Source: Eubacteriales bacterium (GTDB lineage Bacteria; Bacillota; Clostridia; Oscillospirales; CAG-272). Taken from it: 64,000 nucleotides of DNA. Position numbers and translations under genes: made by a program. Within the stretch, counting starts at the first letter, position 1. Every line of letters begins with the position of its first letter. The DNA lies in assembly GCA_045658965.1 (NCBI GenBank), contig JAZOVZ010000106.1:3618-67617 (forward strand). The letters run 5' to 3'. Of this stretch, positions 19,578 to 28,707 are shown piece by piece. The notes beneath the pieces were generated by a model. It was not told where the DNA came from and made no database searches. It saw only the letters and a program-made list of their open reading frames with translations.

Positions 19578-21389
19578 TTATTCCTTCGTAGGCAGCCAAA
19601 CCGAAATGCGTGCGTTTTGCTCATTCCAGTGCTTGCCGCACCATGCGTAGTCGGTCAGCAAAATTTGTCCCTCGTCGCTTTCCAGCACGAATCTCACCAT
19701 CTCACCGGGCGCGGGCTCGATTTGATCCAGCACCAGCTTACCCTCATTCTGCACGGGCGCAAAGGGCGCGTTGATGTCACCGGGCTCCTTTTTCTCGTCA
19801 CGTGCCAGCACCAGGCAGCCGTATACGTAAGCCTGCTTGCCGCCAAGCGTGACGCGCTTGACCTCGGGATGCAGAGAAAGCGTGATCACGTAGCCGTCCT
19901 GCCACGTGCAGCCAAGCTGATTGTAGCCCTTGACTGCCTCGGTCTGCTCGCCGCAAACCGTCAGCACGGGAGCTGTGCTCCACTCGGGCACGCGCAATTT
20001 CAGCGCGAACTGCTCGGGAGCGTCAAGACCAATCTTGATCTGCACCTCGCCCTCGCCCTCGTAATCGCCCGAAAGCGTAAAGGTGACCGTCTGTCCTGCA
20101 GGCGTGGTTGCCTGCACGCTACCGCCGTGATAACCGTTGAATACAAAGCCGTTCTCATAAGCAAGCACACCGATCAAGGGGAAGATCGCAGTGCCCGCCG
20201 CACCAATGCAAGCGCAGCAGCCGTAGTAGCCGCCCGAGGAGAACTTCTTAAAGCCGCCGATGCCAATGCCGCGGGGCTGGTAGACCAAGGGGCTGTAGCT
20301 GTCAAACGCCAAGCCGGGATACAGCTTGTTTTCCTCGCGGCTGAGCTGATCCAGACCAAACGCATTCAAACTGCCGTACAGCGCGTTGTACGCGGATTTT
20401 TCGATCTGGGAAGCGTACCATTCCTTGCCCGTCAAGCGCAGCAAGCGCTCAAGCAGACGCATCCACGTTACCGTCACGCAGGTCTCCTGCATGATGGCGT
20501 TGTCCTCCACCTGCACGGTCTGCATGACACCGGAGTGGTCAAACAGCTCGTGCGTGCAGCCTGCGCAGCCGATGATGGTAATATCGCTCGCCTCAACCGC
20601 GCGGACGAACTTTTCCACGATATGTAAGTAACGCTCCTCGCCCGTCACCTCGTAATACGCGAGTGCGCCCTCAAAATAGGACATCATTTCGTAAGCCTTG
20701 ACCTGCGGATACTGGTAAGGATAGATCTCGTCCGCCTCCGCAAGCTCCAAGAGGTTGCCACCGTGGCAGCCGCCCTGATCGAGGACGTACTTGCCAAAGT
20801 CCAGGAATTTCTGCTTGCCCGTCAGCTTGTAAAGCTCGATCACGGGCTCAAGAATGGTGCTGGAGTTGAGTCCCCCCCAAGCGGCAGAGGTATCAAGAAT
20901 CGACTTTTGCCCCTCGCCGTTGCCAAGATGCTTGATCAGATAGTCCACGTGCTTTTCCATGCAGTCGAGAATACGCACCTTGAACGCCTCATCACGGCAG
21001 ATACCGTAGAAATACAAGCTGCCAACGATGACGTATTTGCGCGCCCAGATATCCCAGCCGCCAAACTCGTGCGAGACGGGATAGGAGGCAATTCTGCCAA
21101 GAGAGTCCTGCGTGTCCAGCAGATCGGACACGGTCTTGTAAAGGATCTCATAAAGCTGCTCGTCGGGGGCGTAAGCATAGGTCAGACACGCGCCGCGCAT
21201 CATCTTGCCGTAGTATTCGCCTCTCCAGCCCCAGTCGCAAAAGTCGGGGCGTTCGACAAACACCTGCACGAATTTCTCCCAGCTCTCCTTGTTTTTGAGC
21301 TGCTTTTCCATAACAAATCGCGCGTGCGCATCGGCAACACCCGTGTAGCGCGCCGCACCTGCGGGGAGATAATTGTAAGCGTAATTCAT
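19578..21389 (-). CDS. Glycoside hydrolase family 127-like protein (DUF1680, beta-L-arabinofuranosidase type)
   Basis: Start placed at ATG 21389 (MNYAYNYLPAG) after AAAGGAG. Cys-rich catalytic region IIGCAGCTHELF...MQETCVTVTWMRL resembles the GH127 Zn/Cys site. Size is about 600 aa. Confidence 0.65.
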   Translation of the reverse strand: MNYAYNYLPAGAARYTGVADAHARFVMEKQLKNKESWEKFVQVFVERPDFCDWGWRGEYYGKMMRGACLTYAYAPDEQLYEILYKTVSDLLDTQDSLGRIASYPVSHEFGGWDIWARKYVIVGSLYFYGICRDEAFKVRILDCMEKHVDYLIKHLGNGEGQKSILDTSAAWGGLNSSTILEPVIELYKLTGKQKFLDFGKYVLDQGGCHGGNLLELAEADEIYPYQYPQVKAYEMMSYFEGALAYYEVTGEERYLHIVEKFVRAVEASDITIIGCAGCTHELFDHSGVMQTVQVEDNAIMQETCVTVTWMRLLERLLRLTGKEWYASQIEKSAYNALYGSLNAFGLDQLSREENKLYPGLAFDSYSPLVYQPRGIGIGGFKKFSSGGYYGCCACIGAAGTAIFPLIGVLAYENGFVFNGYHGGSVQATTPAGQTVTFTLSGDYEGEGEVQIKIGLDAPEQFALKLRVPEWSTAPVLTVCGEQTEAVKGYNQLGCTWQDGYVITLSLHPEVKRVTLGGKQAYVYGCLVLARDEKKEPGDINAPFAPVQNEGKLVLDQIEPAPGEMVRFVLESDEGQILLTDYAWCGKHWNEQNARISVWLPTKE

Positions 21390-21473
21390 AGTGGACTCCT
21401 TTCTGTATCTCAGGTCGGATTTTATGTTTGTAAAAATGGTTTCGGGTTCTATTGTTTTCGCGCGGTCACGCAT

Positions 21474-21622
21474 CCGCCCGTGTCATCCTGAGCGACTCCT
21501 CTTCCTCCGCTGTCATCCTCGAGCAAGTCCCTGTGCCTAGATTCTTCGCTGCGCTCGAGAATGACAGGCACAGGGACGCCGCGAAGGATCTCGGAGGAAG
21601 AGGCGTTGCGAAGGATCTCGGG
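21474..21622. repeat. Left arm of about 150-bp inverted repeat flanking the GIY-YIG gene
   Basis: Reverse complement of 21946-22099 with scattered mismatches. Contains GTCATCCTCGAGCAAG, ATTCTTCGCTGCGCTCGAGAATGAC and CGCGAAGGATCTC modules. It is itself internally palindromic. Confidence 0.8.
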
Positions 21623-21629
21623 CAATATG

Positions 21630-21926
21630 TTATGTAAACACACCGGGAAACAACTGATCGGTTAAATCCACCCAACCGGGATTCATTGATTCAACCAATT
21701 CATCCTTTTTGATTCGCAAAAGACCTTTCACTTGCTTTTCTCTTAAAATGGCATCCTTTATCCATTTGTAGCTTTCGTAATAGACCAGTTTATGAACGTG
21801 ATATTTTCTTGTGAATCCGTCAATCAGTTCATTTTTGTGTTCATACAATCGGCGCTGCAAATCATTTGTTACACCGACGTACATGACCCTATCGTTTTTG
21901 TTCGTTAATATGTAAACATAATACAT
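21630..21926 (-). CDS. GIY-YIG nuclease family protein (UPF0213/YhbQ-like, 98 aa)
   Basis: MYYVYILTNKNDRVMYVGVTNDLQRRLYEHKN is the classic GIY-YIG N-terminal signature. Confidence 0.85.
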   Translation of the reverse strand: MYYVYILTNKNDRVMYVGVTNDLQRRLYEHKNELIDGFTRKYHVHKLVYYESYKWIKDAILREKQVKGLLRIKKDELVESMNPGWVDLTDQLFPGVFT

Positions 21927-21945
21927 AAGCCAATCCTCATTTTGT

Positions 21946-22099
21946 CCGCCGAGATCCTTCGCGGCGCATCTTCCTCTGAGATCCTTCGCGGCGCCGCCCC
22001 GTTGTCATTCTTGAGCGCAGCGAAGAATCTCGGGGCGGCTTGCTCGAGGATGACAGCAGAGGAAGATGCTTGCTCGAGGATGACACGGCGGAGGGGCGG
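21946..22099. repeat. Right arm of about 150-bp inverted repeat flanking the GIY-YIG gene
   Basis: See the left arm. Together the arms delimit a roughly 626-bp cassette (21474-22099). Confidence 0.8.
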
Positions 22100-22164
22100 T
22101 CGAGCGAACATCAGCGCAATTCATGGTGTCGCTTCAAAGACACAAGACAAAAGACCAAGCCGTC

Positions 22165-22797
22165 TCAAAAATTTGCTTCTCCGTGTTTATCTATACCGGT
22201 CATGAAATCCTGCTTGGTAACAGTAATCTGTTTTTCGGAATTGTTTTTATCCATGCCGTACATGACAAGCTCGTTGCCTTGTATAACCGTTTTATCCAAC
22301 GAAACCAAGTCGCACATCTTTGAAACGTTCAAAAACAATTTCCTTTCATAATCAAACGCAAAGCATTCATACGGACATGCCCAATAACACCCTTCAAAGA
22401 CCAAGAGCTCATCAAGTTGCTTAACGTCAACCACGATAAACGACTCCTTGCCTTCAAGTACACAATTGGGGAAATACTCAAATTCCACAGACAGCGTATC
22501 AACATTGAGCAACGTAAATCCGTATAGCGTTTTTCTAAAACAGATAAAGCGCTGACCGTTTAAAACAACAGGATAAAAGTCATTTTCATAATCGTGTTCA
22601 TCGCAGCAATCACATGCATACGTGCAATCGCCATTTTTGAAAATCACGTGCGCTTTTTCTCTATAGCTATTTTGCGTGTTGGGCTCAAATATATCAATTT
22701 CTATTTCAACGTCAAAAACACGCTTTGATATATGTTCGGAAAAATCAAAAACGAAACCTTCGGAATATTCATGTATGTATTGATTTATCAAATCCAT
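22165..22797 (-). CDS. Hypothetical protein (210 aa, Cys-rich, low GC)
   Basis: Long ORF with lower GC than the flanks. No motif I can recognise. Confidence 0.55.
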   Translation of the reverse strand: MDLINQYIHEYSEGFVFDFSEHISKRVFDVEIEIDIFEPNTQNSYREKAHVIFKNGDCTYACDCCDEHDYENDFYPVVLNGQRFICFRKTLYGFTLLNVDTLSVEFEYFPNCVLEGKESFIVVDVKQLDELLVFEGCYWACPYECFAFDYERKLFLNVSKMCDLVSLDKTVIQGNELVMYGMDKNNSEKQITVTKQDFMTGIDKHGEANF

Positions 22798-22909
22798 GAC
22801 GGACTCCTTTCATTTTAAGGCGATATGATATGTATGTAACATAAATGTTTTCCGAAATCCAAAGTGATTGTAGGGGCGATCAGTGATCGCCCGCACACAG
22901 CGTTGGAAC

Positions 22910-23329
22910 TTATTTCCCAAATTTCTCAGCCAGAACGGCGATCACCAGCACAAGGATGCCAAACCCAACGATCATGCACACCTTGGTGATGGCGTCCCTT
23001 TTGTCCTGCGCCGCGTTTGCCCACGGCTTGTATTCCCTGATCTCCTCATCGATCAGTACGCGCCTGCCGAGCTTTTTTTGAATAAGCTTGTACACGCATT
23101 GCGTATCGTAATCGATCTCGTGATCGCAAAACGGGCATTTGAAATTGTATTCGGTCAGTTCCACACTGCCACCGTAATACGTGTTTCCTGATTTGCTTGC
23201 CCTGTGCCAACCGGGATCCCCCAGATGCAGCGTGCGCGTAATGGGAGTGTTTTTGTATTTGTTCCCGCATTTATGACAATAGAATTTGCCGAAAACCATC
23301 CCCATGGGGATAGAATGTGTTTTTCTCAT
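22910..23329 (-). CDS. Small zinc-ribbon protein with C-terminal TM anchor
   Basis: Start moved to ATG 23329 (MRKTHSIPMG), because the upstream part of the listed ORF runs through a palindromic repeat. Contains CHKCG ... CPFCDHE and a C-terminal hydrophobic helix VCMIVGFGILVLVIAVL. Confidence 0.55.
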   Translation of the reverse strand: MRKTHSIPMGMVFGKFYCHKCGNKYKNTPITRTLHLGDPGWHRASKSGNTYYGGSVELTEYNFKCPFCDHEIDYDTQCVYKLIQKKLGRRVLIDEEIREYKPWANAAQDKRDAITKVCMIVGFGILVLVIAVLAEKFGK

Positions 23330-23368
23330 AATGCAGTTCCTTTCCAAAGAATATTTTACACACGAACC

Positions 23369-23438
23369 GTAGGGCAGGGGCTTGCTCCTGCCGCGAATAT
23401 ATGTACACTTTTTCTGCGGGAGCAAGCCCCCGCCCTAC
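23369..23438. repeat. GTAGGG-type long palindrome
   Basis: GTAGGGCAGGGGCTTGCTCCTGC .. 21 nt .. GCGGGAGCAAGCCCCCGCCCTAC, with 2 mismatches between the arms. Confidence 0.8.
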
Positions 23439-23440
23439 AA

Positions 23441-23638
23441 TTACACTTTCGTCAGACACACGACAGATTCTACGTGTCCGGTACGTGGGAACATATCAAC
23501 AGGTGTAACCTTGCGCGCACCATCGCGCTCGTACCCAGCGTCAGATGCGTATCGGATGTATGGATCGCATGAAACGGCGCATCCGCACCAACGTGCAGAG
23601 ATATATGAAACAGTTACATGGGGACTTCTTCCCAACAC
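23441..23638 (-). pseudogene. Displaced 3' fragment of an rlmD-type methyltransferase gene
   Basis: The 65-aa ORF ends ...SCDPYIRYASDAGYERDGARKVTPVDMFPRTGHVESVVCLTKV. The intact gene at 25731 ends ...SCDPDTLARDCKWFRENGYEIGEVTPVDMFPRTGHVESVVCLTR. There is no N-terminal 390 aa. Confidence 0.85.
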
Positions 23639-23651
23639 AACTTGTTAAAAT

Positions 23652-25688
23652 TCATTCAAGTAATATAGGCATGACAGAGTCCCTTCGCAACCCTTTTTCA
23701 AGTACTTCGTTATTCCAATCCCTCAGTACATGATTGTCAAATAGCCTTTGCAATGCATTCACTCGTCTAGACAATGCATACGGGCTGTTCTTAATGTCTA
23801 CCGTTTCCAAAGTGGACAAAACAGGCTCAGAAGGAACCGCAGGCAACAACTCGCTTCCTCCACTTTCCAACAACTTTTGTTCCAAAATCGGATTATGGTC
23901 ATGCAACAATGAACGAATATCCGGATACGGTATTACCAATCCAAAGATAGGAGAGTTATAAAAAGTTATCGTTCCTTTTTCGACATTAAACATTATGTGA
24001 TTTAGAGAATCAATATCCACGATCGTTCCATGTATGGTTCCTGACCCGCCAATACTCCGTACATATTCAGCAACTTGCTCCTGTGCACGGCGCAAAGGCG
24101 ACAATGCTAACAAATACATCCTAACCATATCCAGAAAGCGCCTATTGTACATATCCAAATTTACAGTCTTATCAATTTTTTTAATACTGCCGCCATTGCA
24201 GATGTACATGCCCTTAGACGAGGTCAGAAAAAATCCATAATAACCTTGTTGCTTAATCATGATCAATTTAGCATCATATTTTTCCATCTGGTATTCCAGC
24301 GTTCCTGTCCCTAAAAAATTGGTATTCATGTAACGATAAAACTCTCTGAATTCTCCGAGAGTTATAGTACGATAACCATCGGGGTCCGAAGCGAACGGAT
24401 TTCTAGGTTTATAGATCGTGGCATGTTTAAAAGCAAATCTCTTGCTTTCATATCCAATCTGATTATCCGAAAAAATATAAGTGTTGTTTTCCCAATTATT
24501 ATAGAAATTCTTATGAGTATGTCCCGAAAAGAACACGCAATTTGACGGAACCTCACCAGAATCCAACCAATCGTATACTGGTGTGTGAGTGAGCACCACA
24601 AGCGTGGCATGACTTCTCCGTGCCATTGTTTGTGCCTTCCGAAAAGCTTTTATCCACCGATCTGAAAGTTGCTTCTCCTTCTCGGGGCATACGGCTTCTC
24701 CATAAATACAGTGGTTTGCATTGAAATCATCATTTTTTGCAGCATATCCAACCCCCCCAACGATAATAGCATTAGAATAGGATAACATCTGCAAGTCGAA
24801 CGACTCAGAGTTTTCTCCTTGATTGAGCGGTAATAATTCTTGTGTTTTTTCGTCTCTTTTCCAAGGTGCGTGGAATGAACCTAATGTAGTAACACCATCG
24901 TTCAAAAAGCGAATGCCTAACTCCTTTAATAGTTTAGAATAAGCATCGCTACATTCCTCAAATGTGGAAAAATCCCACATTTCATGGTTTCCCAATATAG
25001 CGTAGATGTATTGAGATGAACGGTGATCTTTATATTTTTCAGCCCATCCATAAGCAAGTCCTTGCTCTGTTTCACGTAGCGACCTATACAGTTCTCGTCT
25101 TCTCAGCACTTCCGTTATTATATATTTGGGAAGACTATTACCCGTGAGCATTTTCTCTGTAATATGTCCTCCCTTCAGCCGTTTGTTTTCCCATTTCTCA
25201 ATGATTTCATTACACTCGTGAAGCTCCTTTTCTATTGGAGCACGCAAGGCCATAATGGAATTATAAGAATCATCCACAATATTTTTCCAAGTCTGGATGA
25301 ATGCTGAATAGAAAGCTTTCGCAATCAAGAAACAAGATGCAATATCGCCCCCGAAAAAAACCACTGGAGATTTAAAGGCACGAATCTCGCTTTCAATATC
25401 TCCCGTCAACAATTTCCTCGCAACACTATCAATATAATCAACAATTTTCTCGTCCTGAACTCCTTGTCCATACGATGCCAAAATATGTTGATCCAAATGC
25501 AAATCGCTAATATAATAAATGCCAATATTATGCTGATTAAATTTGTTGTTTTTCTGCAAAAAATCAGGTAATGTCGTTTTTATCACAGACGGGGAGTGCA
25601 AAGAAACCTTGTCCGAATCTTCTTCACAAAGCAACTTGGGAAACATCGTGTTACTATTTAGGTTATAGCATTTTTCCCAAATACTCAT
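23652..25688 (-). CDS. Calcineurin-like metallophosphoesterase with inserted helical region and about 250-aa uncharacterised C-terminal domain (678 aa)
   Basis: Ordered metallophosphoesterase (MPE) motifs: ISDLHLD, GGDIAS, GNHEMWD, LTHTP, SGHTHKN. About 38% GC. A single gene lies between the duplicated rlmD 3' ends. Confidence 0.75.
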   Translation of the reverse strand: MSIWEKCYNLNSNTMFPKLLCEEDSDKVSLHSPSVIKTTLPDFLQKNNKFNQHNIGIYYISDLHLDQHILASYGQGVQDEKIVDYIDSVARKLLTGDIESEIRAFKSPVVFFGGDIASCFLIAKAFYSAFIQTWKNIVDDSYNSIMALRAPIEKELHECNEIIEKWENKRLKGGHITEKMLTGNSLPKYIITEVLRRRELYRSLRETEQGLAYGWAEKYKDHRSSQYIYAILGNHEMWDFSTFEECSDAYSKLLKELGIRFLNDGVTTLGSFHAPWKRDEKTQELLPLNQGENSESFDLQMLSYSNAIIVGGVGYAAKNDDFNANHCIYGEAVCPEKEKQLSDRWIKAFRKAQTMARRSHATLVVLTHTPVYDWLDSGEVPSNCVFFSGHTHKNFYNNWENNTYIFSDNQIGYESKRFAFKHATIYKPRNPFASDPDGYRTITLGEFREFYRYMNTNFLGTGTLEYQMEKYDAKLIMIKQQGYYGFFLTSSKGMYICNGGSIKKIDKTVNLDMYNRRFLDMVRMYLLALSPLRRAQEQVAEYVRSIGGSGTIHGTIVDIDSLNHIMFNVEKGTITFYNSPIFGLVIPYPDIRSLLHDHNPILEQKLLESGGSELLPAVPSEPVLSTLETVDIKNSPYALSRRVNALQRLFDNHVLRDWNNEVLEKGLRRDSVMPILLE

Positions 25689-25730
25689 ATCAAGCTCCTT
25701 TATGTAAAAATCCGACTTAATTTTATAAGA

Positions 25731-27107
25731 CTATCGCGTCAGACAAACGACAGATTCTACGTGTCCGGTACGTGGGAACATATCCACCGGTGTCACTTCC
25801 CCGATCTCGTATCCATTCTCCCTGAACCACTTGCAATCTCTTGCCAGCGTATCGGGGTCGCAGGAAACGTAGACCACGCGCGGGATGCCCAGTTCTGCAA
25901 AGCACTTGACAAGCGTCTCGGTGCTTCCCTTTCTTGGCGGGTCGATGACTGCCACGTCAGGGCGCGTGCCACCGCAAGCCGCCAGAATGACCTGTGCGTC
26001 GCCTGCGTCGTTACAAATAAAGGTTGCGTTTTCCACGCCGTTGCGCGCGGCATTCTCGCGTGCGCACTCCACCGCCTCGGGCACGATCTCAATGCCCACA
26101 AGGCTGCGCGCAAAACGCGCCATGGAAAGCCCGATGGTGCCCGTGCCGCAATACAGGTCGATCAGCACCTCGCCACCGCTCAAATTCGCCTTTTGGCGCG
26201 CCAAGCCGTACAGCAGCTCCGCGCCCTCGCGGTTGACCTGATAGAACGAGCCGGGCGAAATCTTAAAGGTCAAGCCGCAAAGCTCGTCCTCGATATATGC
26301 CTGTCCCCAAACCGTGCGGTATTCCTTACCCAGCACGACGTTGGTATTTTTCTCATTGAAATTAAGCACCACGCCCACGATCTGCGAAAATTGAGCTGTG
26401 ACTTTATCGGCAAACTCGCGCTCTGCGGGCATACCCTTGCCGTTGAGCACCAAGCACAGCATGATCTGTGCCGAGCCCTTGCTCTGCCGCAGATAAATAT
26501 GGCGCAAAAGCCCCTTGCCTGTGGTTTCGTCGTACGCCTTAATGCCCTTTGCATCGCAAAACGCGCACACGAACGCCACGATCTCGCCAAAGATCGCGGG
26601 CTGCAAGGCGCACTTATCCGCTTTGACCAAATTGTGCGTTTTGGCGGCAAAAAAGCCTGCCTCCATACCGCTCTTGCCCTGCTTGACGGGATATTGCCCC
26701 TTGTTGCGGTAGCCGCTCGTCACGCCTGTCGTGCGCACGGGCGCAACCTGCACGTCGTCCAGCCCCACCTTACGAAAGGCGTTTTGCACGTAGGCGCGTT
26801 TGCTCTCCAGCTCGTGCGCATAGGTCACGTAGCGGTACACGCAGCCACCGCACGCGTCGGGTGCGTGACAAAAGACCGCGCTGTCGCGGATATCCGAGGC
26901 GCGTTCAATATGCTGCAGCTTGCCCACGGCATAGGTAGCGGTATCCTTGATGATGCTCACGCGCACCAAGTCACCCGTGACCGCGCCACGCACGAACAAA
27001 ACCTTGCCCTGCACGTGTCCGACACCGCAGCCAAGGTTATTGATCTCGGTGATCTCCACCGTATATTCACTCCCCTTGGGGAGCAAAACTCTCTCTTTTT
27101 TGTCCAT
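25731..27107 (-). CDS. rlmD: 23S rRNA (uracil-C5)-methyltransferase RlmD/RumA family (TRAM + Fe-S + MTase)
   Basis: 458 aa. N-terminal TRAM-like domain, a Cys cluster (CHAPDACGGCVYRY), the SAM motif DLYCGTGTIG, and C-terminal VDMFPRTGHVE. Confidence 0.85.
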   Translation of the reverse strand: MDKKERVLLPKGSEYTVEITEINNLGCGVGHVQGKVLFVRGAVTGDLVRVSIIKDTATYAVGKLQHIERASDIRDSAVFCHAPDACGGCVYRYVTYAHELESKRAYVQNAFRKVGLDDVQVAPVRTTGVTSGYRNKGQYPVKQGKSGMEAGFFAAKTHNLVKADKCALQPAIFGEIVAFVCAFCDAKGIKAYDETTGKGLLRHIYLRQSKGSAQIMLCLVLNGKGMPAEREFADKVTAQFSQIVGVVLNFNEKNTNVVLGKEYRTVWGQAYIEDELCGLTFKISPGSFYQVNREGAELLYGLARQKANLSGGEVLIDLYCGTGTIGLSMARFARSLVGIEIVPEAVECARENAARNGVENATFICNDAGDAQVILAACGGTRPDVAVIDPPRKGSTETLVKCFAELGIPRVVYVSCDPDTLARDCKWFRENGYEIGEVTPVDMFPRTGHVESVVCLTR

Positions 27108-27793
27108 CAGACGTAAAATTCCTTCATATCTTCAAGGCGCAGGCAGCCGAGCAACCCGCCGTCCTTGACGCCGCAGTTGACGTTGACCGCACCGTTGCCG
27201 AAATAGATCTTGCCGCTGCCGCCATTCTCCTCGGTCATGGGCACGTGGCCGACCACCACGGTCTTATTCTTAAACAGACGCTTGGAAAGATCCAGCGGCT
27301 CTGTCATGAACGTCTCGGGCTCGCAATCATCCAGCTTCATGCCGGGGGTGTAGTCCGCAATGCCCGCGTGCACCAGGATATAATCCTCGCCATCTACGCG
27401 TACCTGCTCGTAAAGTGCCAGATCGGACAGATAATCGATCACGCCCTCGCGCATCTCGCTATCCAGAGCGCGGAAGCCGTCCAAGGTGCTTTGACCGCCG
27501 TTCTTGACCCACTCCTGCATGTCAGCAATAAAGTCCGCATCGGGAGTCTGCTCGCCCGACAGCATTTTTTCAAAGCCCGCAAGCATGCGCAGCGCGAGAA
27601 AATCGTGCTCACCCGCGATCGCGTATACGTTATAACGCACGGAAAGGTCGCCGATCAGCTCCATACTTTGCTCACCGTAGTCCACAATGTCGCCAAGCAC
27701 GTACAGAATGTCGGTTTCTTTGAGTCCGATCTTGTCGACCAGCTCCTTGAATTTATCGTAATTGCCATGTAAATCGGATACAACGTAAGTCAT
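27107..27793 (-). CDS. Metallophosphoesterase (PrpE/ApaH-like Ser/Thr phosphatase family)
   Basis: Start at ATG 27793 after GGAGG. Contains MTYVVSDLHGNYDKF, LGDIVDYG and VVGHVP. TGATG overlap with rlmD. Confidence 0.75.
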   Translation of the reverse strand: MTYVVSDLHGNYDKFKELVDKIGLKETDILYVLGDIVDYGEQSMELIGDLSVRYNVYAIAGEHDFLALRMLAGFEKMLSGEQTPDADFIADMQEWVKNGGQSTLDGFRALDSEMREGVIDYLSDLALYEQVRVDGEDYILVHAGIADYTPGMKLDDCEPETFMTEPLDLSKRLFKNKTVVVGHVPMTEENGGSGKIYFGNGAVNVNCGVKDGGLLGCLRLEDMKEFYV

Positions 27794-27951
27794 GATAACC
27801 TCCATGCCGCCTTCGGCGGCTCAAATAGTGATGGAAACTTCACCGCGGAGCTTTGCTCCGAAAATGGGTTGGGTCCCATTTTCAGGTGAAGTTTAGGCGT
27901 GAATGGTTAAGTAAAAAGGAATATGCCGTGAACTTTCACGCTCAACTCCTT

Positions 27952-28707
27952 TTATATGATAGTGACCTTGCAGCTCACCACAGCGTCCGCCTTGGCATCG
28001 GGTGCGACCTCTGCCACCAGCGCGCAAAGACGAGCGCAAATGGGTTGTTCGGTGTAAAAATGTCCTGCGACCAGTAAGTTCAGCTTGTCCGCGTCACAGT
28101 ATTGTGAGTATTTCAGCTCACCCGTCAGGAAGGTATCCGCGCCCGACGCGATCGCCAATGCGACCTCACTCTTACCGCTGCCGCCAACCACGGCAACGCG
28201 GTGCACGTTCTTACCCGCATCCGCGCACAGCACGGCAGGAGCACCCAACGCGTCCTTGACGCGCGCTGCAAATTCCGCTGCAGGCACAGGCTCTGCCAAC
28301 GTACCCACGCGCATGATGCACTCGTCGCCCGCGACCTCTACGTTCTCAAGGCCTACAAGCGATGCCAGCTTATCGTTCACGCCACCCTCGGCAGCGTCAA
28401 TGCGCGTATGGAAGGAGATGGCACTCACCCCTGCGCGGCACAGCTTGATGACCTTTGCACCGTCGTAATCATCGGCAAGCACGTTCTTCAGTCCCCCAAA
28501 CAGCATGGGGTGATGCGTAAAGATGACGTCGTAGCCCTCGGCAACCGCCTTGTCAACCACCTCGGTGGTTGCGTCCAAGGCAACCAACACGCGCTTCACC
28601 TCTCGCTCGGGATCGGGGCAAACGTTGAGTCCGTCCACGTCCCAATCACAGCCCAACTCGCGCGGGATGATATCGCACAGCTTTTTATAAAATTCTCTGA
28701 CCTTCAT
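27952..28707 (-). CDS. Nif3-like dinuclear metal centre protein (YqfO family)
   Basis: 251 aa. Contains IFTHHPMLF and GHFYTE motifs. It follows trmK, as in the Bacillus yqfN-yqfO pair. Confidence 0.8.
   Translation of the reverse strand: MKVREFYKKLCDIIPRELGCDWDVDGLNVCPDPEREVKRVLVALDATTEVVDKAVAEGYDVIFTHHPMLFGGLKNVLADDYDGAKVIKLCRAGVSAISFHTRIDAAEGGVNDKLASLVGLENVEVAGDECIMRVGTLAEPVPAAEFAARVKDALGAPAVLCADAGKNVHRVAVVGGSGKSEVALAIASGADTFLTGELKYSQYCDADKLNLLVAGHFYTEQPICARLCALVAEVAPDAKADAVVSCKVTII

Noticed and set aside
23441-23638. 65-aa ORF as an independent small gene
   Set aside because: It is a copy of only the C-terminal 65 residues of the rlmD-type methyltransferase and has no start context. It is interpreted as a displaced gene fragment (pseudogene).
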